From positions 17,271 through 81,270 of the forward strand of contig JBGFRC010000024.1 in assembly GCA_041695325.1 (NCBI GenBank): a stretch of 64,000 nucleotides of DNA, given 5' to 3'. Under the pieces are notes generated by a model. It saw only the letters and a program-made list of their open reading frames with translations. It was not told the origin of the DNA and made no database searches. Each line of letters opens with the position of its first letter. Positions within the stretch are counted from its first letter, which is position 1. The DNA is from Pseudomonadota bacterium (GTDB taxonomy: Bacteria; Pseudomonadota; Gammaproteobacteria; SURF-13). Shown here piece by piece: positions 24,540 through 35,735 of this stretch. Position numbers and translations under genes: made by a program.

Positions 24540-25657
24540 TGGTGCAGGATCACGCCTGCATGGCCCACGCCCTGCAACTCGCGGCGCGCGGCCTGTACAC
24601 GGCGCACCCGAATCCGCGCGTCGGCTGCGTCATCGCGCAGGGCGATGAAATCGTTGGCGAAGGCTGGCATCGGCGCACCGGTGAAGCGCACGCGGAAATC
24701 CACGCCTTAAACGAAGCCGGTGAACGCGCGCGCGGCGCCACCGCTTACATCACGCTCGAACCCTGCTGTCATCACGGCCGCACTCCGCCCTGCACCGAAG
24801 CGCTGATCCAGGCGGGCCTGGCGCGCGTGGTGGCGGCCATGCTCGACCCCAATCCCAAGGTGGCCGGTCAAGGTTTAAAACGATTGAGCGCGGCGGGCAT
24901 TGCTGTGGAACACGGCCTCCTGCAAGCCGAGGCGGAAAAATTGAATCGCGGCTTCGTCATGCGCATGCGTTCAGGCCGCCCGTTGGTGCGCGTGAAACTG
25001 GCCATGACGCTCGACGGGCGCACTGCGGCGGCGGACGGCGAGAGCAAATGGATCAGCGGCGCGGCGGCGCGGGCTGATGTGCAGCGCCTGCGCGCCGAGA
25101 GCGGCGCGATCATGACCGGCGTCAACACCGTGCTCAGCGACGACCCGCTGCTCACCGTGCGCCTGCCGGAGTTCGATGCATTCCAGGGCAAGCAGCCGCT
25201 GCGCGTGGTGCTGGACTCTCGCCTGCGCTTCCCGCGCAACGCGCGCATGCTCGCGCAGCCGGGACGCACCCTGGTCATTACCGGCGGGCGCGATGCCGCT
25301 AAAAATCCTCCCGCCGTGATTGAGACCGTGAGCCTGAGCGGACAAAATGGCAAGGTGGACTTGCGCGCCGCGCTGCGCCATCTCGCCGGACGGCACGAAA
25401 TCAACGACGTGCTGGTGGAGGCCGGACCGGTTTTAAGCGGCGCGCTGATGGAGGCGCAGCTGGTGGATGAGCTCGTTATTTATCTCGCGCCCGCCCTGCT
25501 GGGCGACAGCGCGCGCGGCCTGTTACACCTGCCCGCGCTGCAACGCCTGGCGCAGCGCCTCACGCTCGACATCCTCGACATGCGCCCGATCGGCAGGGAC
25601 TGGCGCATCACCGCCCGGCCGTTGTATGGCGTTATGTATAGCCAAGCCGGTATTTAG
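24536..25657 (+). CDS. ribD: bifunctional riboflavin biosynthesis deaminase/reductase
   Basis: 373 aa with a CMP/dCMP deaminase Zn motif (HAEIHAL...[11 protein letters not shown]) followed by a RibG reductase domain. Confidence 0.92.
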   Translation: MMVQDHACMAHALQLAARGLYTAHPNPRVGCVIAQGDEIVGEGWHRRTGEAHAEIHALNEAGERARGATAYITLEPCCHHGRTPPCTEALIQAGLARVVAAMLDPNPKVAGQGLKRLSAAGIAVEHGLLQAEAEKLNRGFVMRMRSGRPLVRVKLAMTLDGRTAAADGESKWISGAAARADVQRLRAESGAIMTGVNTVLSDDPLLTVRLPEFDAFQGKQPLRVVLDSRLRFPRNARMLAQPGRTLVITGGRDAAKNPPAVIETVSLSGQNGKVDLRAALRHLAGRHEINDVLVEAGPVLSGALMEAQLVDELVIYLAPALLGDSARGLLHLPALQRLAQRLTLDILDMRPIGRDWRITARPLYGVMYSQAGI

Positions 25658-25682
25658 CGGCTAAGATGAAATTTTTCAGATC

Positions 25683-26273
25683 ATGTTCACCGGCATTATC
25701 CAGTCCGTCGGCGCCGTCACCGAGCTTACGCGCAGGGGCGCGGACGTGCGTGCGCGCATCGGCGGCGATCTCGACCTCTCCAAAATATGCGCCGGCGACA
25801 GCATCGCGGTAAACGGGGTATGTCTTACCGTAACGGAGCGCGACGCGCGGAGTTTCGCCGCAGACATCTCGGCCGAAACGCAGCGCTGCACCACACTGGG
25901 CTCGCTCAAGCCGGGCGAGCGTGTCAATCTGGAACCGGCGCTCGCCGCCGGCGCGCCGCTCGGCGGCCATTTTGTCACCGGGCACGTGGACGGCGTGGGC
26001 CGTGTGCTGAGCAGCCGGCCGGAAGGCGCATCGCTGCGCGTGAGCATTGAGGCCCCCGCCGCATTAGCGAAATACATCGCCGTGAAAGGCTCCATTTGTG
26101 TGGATGGAGTGAGTCTCACCGTGAATGAAATCGCCGGTAACGCGTTTTCCGTCAACTTTATCCCGCACACCCTGCATCACACCACGCTGGGTGATCGGCA
26201 CGCGGGCAACCGGGTCAATCTGGAAGTGGACATCATCGCGCGTTATCTGGAAAGGTTGCACACATGCCGCTGA
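25683..26273 (+). CDS. ribE: riboflavin synthase alpha subunit
   Basis: MFTGIIQSVGAV... with duplicated lumazine-binding repeats (GDSIAVNGVCLTV and GSICVDGVSLTV). Confidence 0.9.
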   Translation: MFTGIIQSVGAVTELTRRGADVRARIGGDLDLSKICAGDSIAVNGVCLTVTERDARSFAADISAETQRCTTLGSLKPGERVNLEPALAAGAPLGGHFVTGHVDGVGRVLSSRPEGASLRVSIEAPAALAKYIAVKGSICVDGVSLTVNEIAGNAFSVNFIPHTLHHTTLGDRHAGNRVNLEVDIIARYLERLHTCR

Positions 26274-27367
26274 ACACGATTGAAGACATCATCGCCGACA
26301 TCCGCGCCGGCAAGATGGTCATCCTGCTGGATGACGAAGGACGCGAGAACGAAGGCGACCTCATCATGGCCGCAATTCACGCGCGCGCGGAGGACATCAA
26401 CTTCATGGCGCGCTACGGCCGCGGCCTGATCTGCCTCACGCTCACGCGCGAACGCTGTGAGGTCTTGCGCCTGCCGCTCATGGTGAGCGACAACTACACC
26501 CAGCACGGCACTAACTTCACTCTCTCCATCGAAGCCGCGCGCGGCGTCACCACCGGCATCTCGGCGCGGGACCGTGCGCACACCATCCGCACCGCGGTGG
26601 CGCCGAACGCCCGGCCTTCCGACCTGGTGCAGCCCGGACACGTCTTTCCGCTCATGGCGCAGCCGGGCGGGGTGCTGACGCGCGCCGGTCACACCGAGGC
26701 GGCCTGCGATCTCGCCCGTCTCGCCGGACTCGAACCCGCGGGCGTGATCGTGGAAATCCTGAACGAGGACGGCAGCATGGCGCGCCGCCCCGATCTGGAA
26801 CAATTCGCGCTCGTGCACGGCCTCAAGATCGGCACCATCGCCGATCTTATCCGTCACCGCATGCAATCGGAAAAAACCGTGCGGCGCGTGTCCGATACGC
26901 GCGTACAGACCGGCAGCGGCGAGTTCAGGCTGGTGACCTATCGTGATACCATAGACCATGAGCTGCATCTCGCCCTGGTGCGCGGCGTGATTGAGAAGGA
27001 CAAGGCGACGCCGGTGCGCGTACACCTTCCCACCACCTGCGACGCGGTGGGCATGTTGCGCGCCGACGGCAGTTGGACCCTGCACAGCGCCCTGCACTAC
27101 ATCGCCGCGCAGAATCATGGCGTGGCGGTGGTGCTGCGCCGGCCGGAAACACCGGATGAGCTGCTGCAGCGTCTGGTGCAGCGCGGCGCGGCGCATGAGG
27201 CCACGGCGGACATCCGCACCTATGGCGTGGGCGCGCAGATACTCGCCGATCTTGGTGTGCGCAAGATGCAGGTGCTAAGCGCGCCCAAGAAAATACACGC
27301 GCTGTCCGGATTTGATCTGGAGATTGTGGAGTACGTGGCGCAACCGCCTGTGGCGAGCGGCGAGTAG
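26264..27367 (+). CDS. ribBA: bifunctional DHBP synthase / GTP cyclohydrolase II-like
   Basis: 367 aa. The N-terminal RibB domain shows [16 protein letters not shown], and a GCHII-like C-terminal domain follows. Confidence 0.9.
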   Translation: MPLNTIEDIIADIRAGKMVILLDDEGRENEGDLIMAAIHARAEDINFMARYGRGLICLTLTRERCEVLRLPLMVSDNYTQHGTNFTLSIEAARGVTTGISARDRAHTIRTAVAPNARPSDLVQPGHVFPLMAQPGGVLTRAGHTEAACDLARLAGLEPAGVIVEILNEDGSMARRPDLEQFALVHGLKIGTIADLIRHRMQSEKTVRRVSDTRVQTGSGEFRLVTYRDTIDHELHLALVRGVIEKDKATPVRVHLPTTCDAVGMLRADGSWTLHSALHYIAAQNHGVAVVLRRPETPDELLQRLVQRGAAHEATADIRTYGVGAQILADLGVRKMQVLSAPKKIHALSGFDLEIVEYVAQPPVASGE

Positions 27368-27420
27368 CAAGCGGAAAATCTTGTTCATCGCCTGCCGCTC
27401 AGTGTGAGCACTACGTTCAA

Positions 27421-27945
27421 ATGAAAAAATCCAGACCCGCCGAAGCTGCCTTCTCATCGCGCGGCGTACGTGTCGCCATCATCGCAGCGCGCTTCAACGC
27501 CGATATCGTGGAAGGTCTGCTGAACGGCGCGCTGACGGCGTTACAGCGCTACGGCGTAGCGCGCAATCGCATACATGTGGTGCGCGTGCCGGGGGCGTTT
27601 GAAATACCGCTGGCGGCGAAACTTTTAAGCACCACGGGCGACTACGACGCGCTCATCGCGCTCGGCGCGGTGGTGCGCGGCGAGACGCCGCACTTTGAAT
27701 ACGTGTGCGGCGCCTGCGCCCAGGGTTTGCTGCAAACCACCTGGTGGCTCGACATGCCGGTCGGCTTCGGCGTGCTGACCGTGAACAATATGCGTCAGGC
27801 CGCGGCGCGCGCGCGTCCCGGCGTCAACAACAAGGGCGCGGAGGCTGCGCTCGCCGCGCTGGAGATGATTCAATTCCAGCGCGAATCCGGCGTCTCTCGC
27901 GCCGGCTTCGGCAGGAAGGCGCGCGCACGGCGCGGCGCGGCATGA
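27421..27945 (+). CDS. ribH: 6,7-dimethyl-8-ribityllumazine synthase
   Basis: 174 aa containing VAIIAARFNADIVEGLL...VVRGETPHFEYV. It carries a basic C-terminal extension of about 15 aa that overlaps the nusB start. Confidence 0.9.
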   Translation: MKKSRPAEAAFSSRGVRVAIIAARFNADIVEGLLNGALTALQRYGVARNRIHVVRVPGAFEIPLAAKLLSTTGDYDALIALGAVVRGETPHFEYVCGACAQGLLQTTWWLDMPVGFGVLTVNNMRQAAARARPGVNNKGAEAALAALEMIQFQRESGVSRAGFGRKARARRGAA

Positions 27946-28367
27946 AACATGCCCGCCGCCGCGCGCGGCAGCTTGCGCTGCAAGCGCTGTATCAATGGCA
28001 CGTGACACGGCAGGACAGCGCCGAGATCAGCGCGCAGTTCGTAGCGGAGCAGGACATGCGAGAGGCCTCGGTGGACTATTTCCACGAATTGCTGGAAAAC
28101 GTCGTGCGGCATCACGGCGAGCTGGACGCGCTGCTCACCCCGCTGCTGGATCGTCCGCTTGATGAAGTGGACCCGGTAGAATGCACCATCCTGCGCATCG
28201 GTGCTTATGAATTACAGCACCGGCCGGACATCCCGTACCGCGTGGTCATCAACGAGGCGCTGGAGCTGGCCAAGCTGTTCGGCAGCGCGCACAGCCACAA
28301 ATACGTCAACGGCATCCTGGACAAGCTCGCGCGCCGATTGCGCCCGGTGGAACTCGCTGGAGCTTGA
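27942..28367 (+). CDS. nusB: transcription antitermination factor NusB
   Basis: MKHARRRARQLALQALYQW... from the ATG at 27942, which overlaps the ribH stop (ATGA). Confidence 0.92.
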   Translation: MKHARRRARQLALQALYQWHVTRQDSAEISAQFVAEQDMREASVDYFHELLENVVRHHGELDALLTPLLDRPLDEVDPVECTILRIGAYELQHRPDIPYRVVINEALELAKLFGSAHSHKYVNGILDKLARRLRPVELAGA

Positions 28368-29329
28368 ACATGGATGAATTTGCGCTGATCGAGCGCTATT
28401 TCGCGCGCCGCGCCGCGCGCATGCGCTCGCCGCTCGTCGTCCTCGGCATTGGTGACGACGCGGCCGTGCTCGATATTCCCGCAGGGATGCAGCTTGCCGC
28501 ATCCGTAGATACGCTGGTTTCCGGCGTGCATTTTCCAACCCGCACCGAACCCTATGATATCGGCTACAAGGCGCTGGCGGTCAATTTAAGCGACATGTCG
28601 GCGATGGGCGCGGAGCCCATTGCCGCCACGCTCGCCCTCACCCTGCCGGAAGCCGATGAAGGCTGGCTGCAGGCGTTCAGCGACGGTTTTTTCGACCTCG
28701 CCGAACGCTACCGGGTACAGATCATCGGCGGCGACACCACGCGCGGCCCGCTTTCCATCACGGTGCAAATACACGGCTTGTTACCGCGGGGCGCCGCGCT
28801 ATTGCGCAGCGGCGCGCGCCCGGATGATGCGATTTACATCACAGGCACGCTGGGTGATGCCGGTTTGGGGTTGCTTGTCGCGCAAAGCAAACAGCAAGTA
28901 CCTGGGCCGCAACACGCGCTCGACAGGCTCAATCGCCCCGAACCGCGCGTGCGGGAAGGCATGGCGCTGCGCGGCATCGCCGACAGCGCAATAGACGTTT
29001 CCGACGGCCTCGTGGCCGATCTCGGCCACATTCTGAAGGCAAGCGGCGCAGGCGCGCGGCTCGATGTGGATGCGCTGCCGCTCTCGCCCGCTGTACGCGC
29101 CTGCGGCGAAGAGCGGGCTCGTGCGCTTGCGCTCAGCGCCGGAGATGATTACGAACTCTGCTTCACCGTTCCGCCATCCAAAGAAGCGGCGCTCAAACGC
29201 ACGTTCGGGGCGTTTTCCTGCGGCTACACGCGCATCGGTCTCATTGAGACTGAGCCCGGTTTGCGCTGTATGCGCGCTGATGGCTCTCTCTATATACCCA
29301 AAGCATCCGGCTATGACCACTTCAAGTAA
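28364..29329 (+). CDS. thiL: thiamine-monophosphate kinase
   Basis: 321-aa protein of the AIR-synthase-related family containing LIERYFARRAARMRSPLVVLGIGDDAAVL. Confidence 0.9.
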   Translation: MNMDEFALIERYFARRAARMRSPLVVLGIGDDAAVLDIPAGMQLAASVDTLVSGVHFPTRTEPYDIGYKALAVNLSDMSAMGAEPIAATLALTLPEADEGWLQAFSDGFFDLAERYRVQIIGGDTTRGPLSITVQIHGLLPRGAALLRSGARPDDAIYITGTLGDAGLGLLVAQSKQQVPGPQHALDRLNRPEPRVREGMALRGIADSAIDVSDGLVADLGHILKASGAGARLDVDALPLSPAVRACGEERARALALSAGDDYELCFTVPPSKEAALKRTFGAFSCGYTRIGLIETEPGLRCMRADGSLYIPKASGYDHFK

Positions 29330-29813
29330 AAGGTCAGCCCTGCCCGCGCACGTATGGCGCAATCCGGCGCATAGTCTGGCTTTCGGCCTCGGCCTCGGCG
29401 CGCTGCCTTACGCGCCCGGCACCTTCGGCACGCTGCTCGGCGTGGCGCTGTATCTCGTCATGCAACCCTTACCCCTGTGGGGCTATCTCGCGTTGACCGC
29501 GCTGCTGTTCCTCATCGGCATCGCGCTCTGTGCCAGCGCCGCGCGCGCGCTCGGCGCGCGCGATCACCCCGGCATCGTGTGGGACGAAGCGGTAGGCTAT
29601 CTCATCACCATGAGCGCCGCCCCTCCGGGCTGGGCTTGGGCAGCTATAGGCTTCGTCTTGTTCCGTCTGTTCGACGTCTGGAAGCCCTGGCCGGTGCGCC
29701 TGTGCGACCGGAAAATCCACGGCGGCTTCGGCATCATGCTGGATGATGCGCTGGCCGCCCTTTACGCCATGCTGGTATTACACTTTATCTACTTCTTATA
29801 TGAACAAATTTGA
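29313..29813 (+). CDS. pgpA: phosphatidylglycerophosphatase A
   Basis: Start MTTSSKRSALPAHVWRNPAHSLAFGLGLG within ORF 29064..29813. It is a PgpA-family membrane protein whose start overlaps the thiL 3' end. Confidence 0.85.
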   Translation: MTTSSKRSALPAHVWRNPAHSLAFGLGLGALPYAPGTFGTLLGVALYLVMQPLPLWGYLALTALLFLIGIALCASAARALGARDHPGIVWDEAVGYLITMSAAPPGWAWAAIGFVLFRLFDVWKPWPVRLCDRKIHGGFGIMLDDALAALYAMLVLHFIYFLYEQI

Positions 29814-30660
29814 AAAACTGCGCGACATGGAATCGTTCAGCAATGACATGTTCAATCGCATCTTCGCGTTTCAGCAGAAGTTGCATCCGGCGTGGAATGA
29901 GACCCTGTCCTTTGACGAACGCATCAAGGATTTGCCGTTACATTATCTGGTGTTCAGCAACCCCGACCGCGACCCCAAACTGCTGGGCCCCACGATTGCG
30001 CCGTATTATCCGCTGCACGGCGAGATACGCGCGCTGGCGCACTATATCAAGCAGGTGGCGCACCACCCCGTGGTGTGCGATCTGCACCCCGGCAACGGCT
30101 TCATCGGCAGCCTGCTGGCGCGCGAGGGTGTAAAGGTGATCGGCGTGCGCGATGCAAAGGCCAAGCCGAACCAGATCAAGGACTTTTACGACGGCGCTTG
30201 TTATGAAATGCGCGAGGCTCGCTGCGCGCCCATCGGTTTCCCGTTCGACGTGGCGTTTTCCTCCTGGATGCCGGCGGGCATAAACCTCACACCGCAGATA
30301 GTCCGCTATGCGCCCAAGCTCATCATCTTCATGCATACCGATCATGTGGATGAAACCACCTGCAGCCCTCAGACCGGCACGCCGGAAGCATTTCGCGATC
30401 TTCCCGCGCGCTACAGGTTAATCGCCGAGTGGGATGTTACGCGCCCGCGGGACATGTTCCGCGAAATCTGGCCTGACTTAAGCCCCAATATTGAAGAGAC
30501 GCGCCGGGTAAAAATTTACGCCGACACGCCGTTTCACCACTTGCACGCGCCGGACGCGGATTCGAGCGGCGAAAAATACCCGTGGGAAAATGAACTGGAC
30601 GTGATACTGCTCGCCCTGGAAGCCAAGGCGCACTTGCGCACCATGGGACATCAACTATAG
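29800..30660 (+). CDS. hypothetical protein with lower GC than the surroundings and a possible Rossmann/methyltransferase-like motif
   Basis: Start at [22 protein letters not shown], giving 286 aa. GC over the first ~180 nt is clearly below the genomic ~65%. [28 protein letters not shown] resembles a nucleotide-binding motif I. The gene is wedged between pgpA and the convergent nadC. Confidence 0.5.
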   Translation: MNKFEKLRDMESFSNDMFNRIFAFQQKLHPAWNETLSFDERIKDLPLHYLVFSNPDRDPKLLGPTIAPYYPLHGEIRALAHYIKQVAHHPVVCDLHPGNGFIGSLLAREGVKVIGVRDAKAKPNQIKDFYDGACYEMREARCAPIGFPFDVAFSSWMPAGINLTPQIVRYAPKLIIFMHTDHVDETTCSPQTGTPEAFRDLPARYRLIAEWDVTRPRDMFREIWPDLSPNIEETRRVKIYADTPFHHLHAPDADSSGEKYPWENELDVILLALEAKAHLRTMGHQL

Positions 30661-31488
30661 AAACCGCATCGAGAGATCAACCGCCTGGACGTTCTTGGTC
30701 AGCGCGCCCACGGAAATAAAATCCACCCCGGTTTCCGCGATGGCGCGGATGTTTTCCAGCGTCACGCCGCCGGAGACTTCCAGCAGGGCGCGCTTCCGGG
30801 TTTCCCGCACCGCGGTTTTCAAATCGGACAGGGTGAAATTGTCGAGCAGGATGCGTTTGGCACCGGCATGCAGCGCTTCGCTCAACTCCGCCAAATTACG
30901 CACTTCGACTTCCACCGCTACATCCTGAGGCGCGGAAATCTGCGCCGCGCGCAGCGCGGCGGTCAGCGAGCCCGCGGCGCGGATGTGGTTTTCCTTGATG
31001 AGAATTCCGTCGTAGAGACCCGTGCGGTGATTGTGACAGCCGCCGCACGCTACGGCGTACTTTTGCGCGCGGCGCAGGCCGGGCAGGGTCTTGCGCGTGT
31101 CCAGCACCTTGACGCCCGTGCCGCGCACCGCGTCGGCATAACGGCGCGCCAGCGTCGCGGTGCCGGACAGGGTTTGCAGGAAATTCAGCGCCGTGCGCTC
31201 GCCGCTGAGCAGGGCGCGCGCCGGGCCCTGCACCGTGCACACAACCTGATCCGGCGCTATGGCCTCACCGTCCGCCACGCGCCAGGCCACCCTCGCCGCC
31301 GCATCCAGTTCACGAAACACGGCATCAAACCACGCCGCGCCGCACAACACCGCCGCCTCGCGGCTGATGACCTCCGCCCTGGCTGAAGCGCAGGGCGAAA
31401 TGAGCGCCGCGGTAAGATCACCCGCGCCGATATCCTCCGCCAGCGCGCGGCGCACGTCTTCGAGAATAGTGGGCGCAGGTGGCAACAT
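30655..31488 (-). CDS. nadC: nicotinate-nucleotide pyrophosphorylase (carboxylating)
   Basis: 277-aa quinolinate phosphoribosyltransferase fold. Confidence 0.92.
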   Translation of the reverse strand: MLPPAPTILEDVRRALAEDIGAGDLTAALISPCASARAEVISREAAVLCGAAWFDAVFRELDAAARVAWRVADGEAIAPDQVVCTVQGPARALLSGERTALNFLQTLSGTATLARRYADAVRGTGVKVLDTRKTLPGLRRAQKYAVACGGCHNHRTGLYDGILIKENHIRAAGSLTAALRAAQISAPQDVAVEVEVRNLAELSEALHAGAKRILLDNFTLSDLKTAVRETRKRALLEVSGGVTLENIRAIAETGVDFISVGALTKNVQAVDLSMRFL

Positions 31489-31510
31489 GCGCCTAGGGTA
31501 AAGTCAAACC

Positions 31511-31548
31511 ATAAAAAAGGCCAGGCTGTTGCTGATACACCCAGCCTT
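31511..31548 (-). terminator. terminator-like hairpin with a T-run downstream of sua5
   Basis: The minus strand reads aggctgg-gtgtatcagcaac-agcctgg followed by ccttttttatgg. The stem is short, hence low confidence. Confidence 0.35.
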
Positions 31549-31722
31549 CCGCCCCCCACCCCCTCACCCCAAGGGAGGGGGATTGGCACGCCTTCTGCGA
31601 CGCGCCACTTACGCATGTTGCGCACGCGCGGAATGCGGTAACACAGCGCTTCGCCGAGGTCATAATGGTCGCCCATGGCGAGCACGCCGCCTGCGCTTGT
31701 CAAAAACTCGACGCGCTCAACT

Positions 31723-32694
31723 TCATTGACCCGTCTGCGCGGCGCGGGTAAGACGGTCGCGCACCGCGAGCCAGGCATCGTCATCTGGCACAGCCTCGAT
31801 CAGCAGCGCGTCGTAGCGTGCGGCGTCGGCCGCGCGCAGTGTGGCGTACAAATCGTGCGCGTAGGACATCGGATCGGAAGACAGAAAATAATAATGCGCC
31901 TGGGCGAATTGCGCGGGCTGCGTGCAGGTAATCACCGCCACGCGTTGGTTTTGCGCGAGCAGCAGGCGGATTTGTTGCTCCAGATTTTCACGTGCGACGA
32001 TACGCAGAGGTGTAACAGGCGCGTAATGCCTGGCCAGCAGACCCGGCGCCCGCAGGCGTTTTTCCTCCGCGCCGCCGAGCGCCACGGTAACGCCGAGCGC
32101 TACGCTCAACTGCGCCTGCGAAATTGCGCCGGGGCGCAGAATCACCGGGCGCGCATCCAGCAGACTCACGATGGTGGACTCCAGCCCCACTTGGCACGCG
32201 CCGCCGTCCAGTGTTATGTCCACTTCATCGCCCAATTCGTCACGCACGTGTTGCGCGGTGGTGGGGCTGACATGGCCGAAGCGGTTGGCCGAGGGCGCGG
32301 CGACGGCGCCGCCGAATTGTTGCAGCAGCGCCAGGGCCACGGGATGGCCGGGCACGCGCAGGCCCACACTGTCCTGTCCGCCGGTGACGTTGTCCGGCAC
32401 TATGCGCGAGCGCGGTAAAATCAGGGTGAGCGGTCCGGGCCAGAATTTTTCCGCGAGCAGGTGCGCCGCGCGCGGGATGTCGCGCGCCCAGTTTTCAAGA
32501 TAAAAAGCATCAGGCAGATGCACAATGAGCGGGTGATCAAGAGGACGGCGCTTGATGGCATAGATGCGCGCGACGGCCCGGGGATTGAGCGCGTCCGCGC
32601 CCAGGCCGTACACCGTTTCGGTGGGAAACGCCACCACCCCGCCCGCGCGCAAGCACTCGGCGGCGCGCGCGATGTCCTCGCGCGACGTGCTCAT
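31723..32694 (-). CDS. tsaC: L-threonylcarbamoyladenylate synthase (Sua5/YrdC family, long form)
   Basis: 323 aa; the N-terminal YrdC domain (GGVVAFPTETVYGLGADALNPRAV) is followed by a Sua5 C-terminal domain. Confidence 0.88.
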   Translation of the reverse strand: MSTSREDIARAAECLRAGGVVAFPTETVYGLGADALNPRAVARIYAIKRRPLDHPLIVHLPDAFYLENWARDIPRAAHLLAEKFWPGPLTLILPRSRIVPDNVTGGQDSVGLRVPGHPVALALLQQFGGAVAAPSANRFGHVSPTTAQHVRDELGDEVDITLDGGACQVGLESTIVSLLDARPVILRPGAISQAQLSVALGVTVALGGAEEKRLRAPGLLARHYAPVTPLRIVARENLEQQIRLLLAQNQRVAVITCTQPAQFAQAHYYFLSSDPMSYAHDLYATLRAADAARYDALLIEAVPDDDAWLAVRDRLTRAAQTGQ

Positions 32695-33587
32695 CCGGTC
32701 AGCAGGCTGAGCGCCTGCTGATAGCGCTCGGCGGTGGCGCGCACCACGTGCGGCGGTAATTCCGGCGCAGGAGGTTGCTTGTTCCAGCCTATGCTCTCCA
32801 GGTAGTCGCGCACGTATTGCTTGTCGAAGCTGGGCGGATTCGTGCCGGGTTGGTAGCTGTCGCTGGCCCAGAAACGCGAAGAGTCGGGGGTCAGCGCCTC
32901 GTCTATCAAGGTCAGCTCGCCCTGCTCATCCACGCCGAACTCGAACTTGGTGTCGGCGACAATGATGCCGCGCCCAGCGGCGTATTTCATGGACTCCAAA
33001 TATAAGGCAAGGCTCATCGCCTCGACTTGACGCGCCAGATCGGTTCCGATCAATTGCCGCATTTGCTCGATGCGCAGCGGCTCATCATGCCGGCCCGGGC
33101 CACCCTTGGTGGTGGGGGTGAACATCGCCTCCGGTATCTGCTCGGCCTGCTGCATGCCAGGCGGCATGCGAACGCCGTTCACCGTGCCCTTTTCCCGGTA
33201 CTCCTTCCACGCCGAACCTGCAAGAAAGCCGCGCACCACCGCCTCCAGCGGCAACGCCTTGAGTTTGCGCACCACCACGGCGCGCCCCGCGACCTGCGCG
33301 CGTTCCGCTTCGCTCTTCACCACCTCTTCGGGGGCCGTCGCGGTGAGGTGATTGGGCATGAGGTAAGCGAGCCGCCCGAACCAGAAGTTGGACAAGGCGT
33401 TCAACACCCGGCCCTTGCCAGGAATAGGCGTGGGCAGCACCACGTCGAAGGCCGAGATGCGGTCCGTGGTGACGATGAGCAGATGCCGCTCATCCACCTC
33501 GTAGAGATCGCGCACTTTGCCGCGCGCAAGCAGCGGCAGGCTTTGGATAGTGGAGTAAAACAAGGCGTCCATATACGTTATTACCAA
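32691..33587 (-). CDS. purC: phosphoribosylaminoimidazole-succinocarboxamide synthase
   Basis: 298-aa long-form SAICAR synthetase. Confidence 0.93.
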   Translation of the reverse strand: MVITYMDALFYSTIQSLPLLARGKVRDLYEVDERHLLIVTTDRISAFDVVLPTPIPGKGRVLNALSNFWFGRLAYLMPNHLTATAPEEVVKSEAERAQVAGRAVVVRKLKALPLEAVVRGFLAGSAWKEYREKGTVNGVRMPPGMQQAEQIPEAMFTPTTKGGPGRHDEPLRIEQMRQLIGTDLARQVEAMSLALYLESMKYAAGRGIIVADTKFEFGVDEQGELTLIDEALTPDSSRFWASDSYQPGTNPPSFDKQYVRDYLESIGWNKQPPAPELPPHVVRATAERYQQALSLLTG

Positions 33588-33643
33588 AGTTCCTATTTTT
33601 CACCGCTCAAGCTGTCGTCATGCCACGCTCTTGTGGCTATGAG

Positions 33644-35616
33644 CTAACCGCGCATCAGCGCCACCTCGGCGCGCTCCAGCGCTCGCGGCGCGCCGTACAG
33701 CACCAACACGTCGCCCTCCTGCAGGCGCATGTCGGGCGTGGGCGCCATGCCACGGATGCCGCGCCGCCGCACCGCCGTGACCACCACCCCCAGCTTGTCC
33801 AGTTGCAGCTCGTGCAAGGTGCGTTCCACCGCGTGATCGCGCTCGGACAGCGTCACGGTGTGCAACTGTTCGCACACGGCTTCCGCCGGTGCGCCCGCGC
33901 GCTCTTCGCCGGGGAAAAATCCGCGCAGCAAACGATAGCGGTCGTTGTGCGCCTCGCGGATGCGGCGGAACACCTTGGACATGGGCACACCCAAAATGAG
34001 CAAGAGATGCGACGCCAGCATCAGGCTCGCTTCCAGCGTTTCCGGCACCACCTCGGTCGCGCCCGCCGCCTGCAGGCGCTCCAGGTCCGCGTCGTCGCGC
34101 GTGCGCACCAGCACCGGCAAATCGGGACGCAGGCGGCGCACCTGCGCCAGTATCTTGAGGCTCGCCGCCATATCGTTGAAGCTGATAATCAAGGCGCGCG
34201 CCTTGTCTAGCCCGGCCGCTTCCAGAATCGCGCGCCGCGCCGAGTCGCCGTAGCTCACTGGGTCGCCCGCCTCGCGCGCCTCGCGCACGCGCAGCGGGTC
34301 GAGATCGAGCGCCGTGTAATCAAACCCCTCCTGCTCCAGAAAGCGCCCGATGTTCTGCCCGACGCGTCCGTAGCCGCAGATGATGACGTGATTCTCCCTG
34401 CCGCCGCGCGTGGCACTCACCTCTTCCTGCATCTGCGTCAGGCTGTCGCCGTAGCTCAGCGCAAAAACGCGTTTCGTGATCCAGCCATTGTAGCGGATCA
34501 GCAACGGCGCCAGCACCATGCTGAGCAACACCGCGGCCAGCACGATCTGCCCCGCCTGGCCGCCGACCAGACCGTGATCGAGCGCCAGAGACAACAGCAC
34601 GAAGCCGAACTCGCCGCCCTGCGCCAGCACCAGCCCGGCACGCAGCGCCACGCCCTGCTGCGCGCCGGACAGGCGCGCGAGCAGCAGGACGAGCAGCGCC
34701 TTGAACGCGACCAGCGCGCCGAGCAGCAGCAAGACCCAGTGCCACAGCGCCGGCAGCACGGCAAGATCGAGGCGCATGCCCACGGTGATGAAAAACAGGC
34801 CGAGCAGCACGTCCTGGAACGGCCGGATGTCGGCCTCCACCTGATGGCGGAATTCACTTTCGGAGAGCATCATGCCGGCGAGAAACGCGCCCAGTGCAAG
34901 CGACAACCCGGCCTGTTGCGTGCTCCAGGCGGCGGTGAGAATCACCAGCAGCACCGCGAGCATGAACAGTTCCGGCGACTGGCCTGCGGCAATGGCGCGA
35001 AACAGCGGACGCAGCAGCCAGTGGCCCGCGGCGAGCAGCGCCGCCGTCACCAGGATGCCCTTGATAAGCGCCAGCAGCAGCGATTGCGCCACCGCGCCCT
35101 CGATGCCGCCCGCCAAGGCCGGAATCACGATTAAAAACGGGATGACCGCCAGGTCCTGGAACAGCACCACGCCCATGGCCAGCCGTCCATGCCGGGTGGC
35201 TAGCTCGAACTGGTCGGCCAGCTGCTTGCTCACGATGGCGGTGGACGACATGGCGAGCAAGCCGCCCACCGCGAATGCGCCCGCCGGGCTCATGCCCAGC
35301 GCCCACGCGAGCCCCGCGCCGACCACGGTGCTGATCAGCACCTGCGCCGCCCCCAGCCCGAACACCACGCCCCTCATGCGCAGCATGCGCGCCAGGGAAA
35401 ACTCCAGCCCGATGCTGAACATCAAAAACACCACGCCGAACTCGGCCAGTGCGCGCGTGCCCTCACCCGTGCCAAAACCGGCGACGGGCATCTGGCCCAC
35501 CAGCACCCCGACAAACAGATAGCCGAGGATGGTCGGCAGGTTGAAGCGCCGGAACAGCGCCACCACCAGCACCGCCACGGCCAGCAGGATCAGTATTTGA
35601 ACGAATAAGCCCGCCA
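33644..35616 (-). CDS. CPA2-family K+/H+ antiporter with RCK (TrkA-N/TrkA-C) domains
   Basis: ORF to 35734 with the probable start near MAGLFVQILILLAVAV. A 12-TM Na_H exchanger domain is followed by the NAD-binding GxGxxG motif (ICGYGRVG). The exact start is uncertain by a few nt. Confidence 0.8.
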
Positions 35617-35735
35617 TTGCTTTACCATTAGGGGAACTCTGATAATTAAGGAAGCTCTTACATGGACACCGCCCGTTTGCCAATTTCAAACACGTATGTG
35701 TATGGAAAAAGGGCGGTGCGTCCCCGCACCGCACG

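Noticed and set aside
24000-27420. Searched for an FMN riboswitch in front of the rib genes and a TPP riboswitch near thiL
   Set aside because: The rib genes are embedded in the nrdR-ribD-ribE-ribBA-ribH-nusB-thiL operon with overlapping or very short junctions. No conserved FMN or TPP aptamer-like sequence was recognisable by eye, and a covariance-model scan would be needed to be certain.
31257-31784. 175-aa minus-strand ORF spanning the nadC-sua5 gap
   Set aside because: It runs from inside sua5 through the intergenic hairpin and terminator into the nadC N-terminus. The intergenic part translates a G/C hairpin (PLPWGEGVGGG). There is no independent support for a gene in the 234-nt gap.
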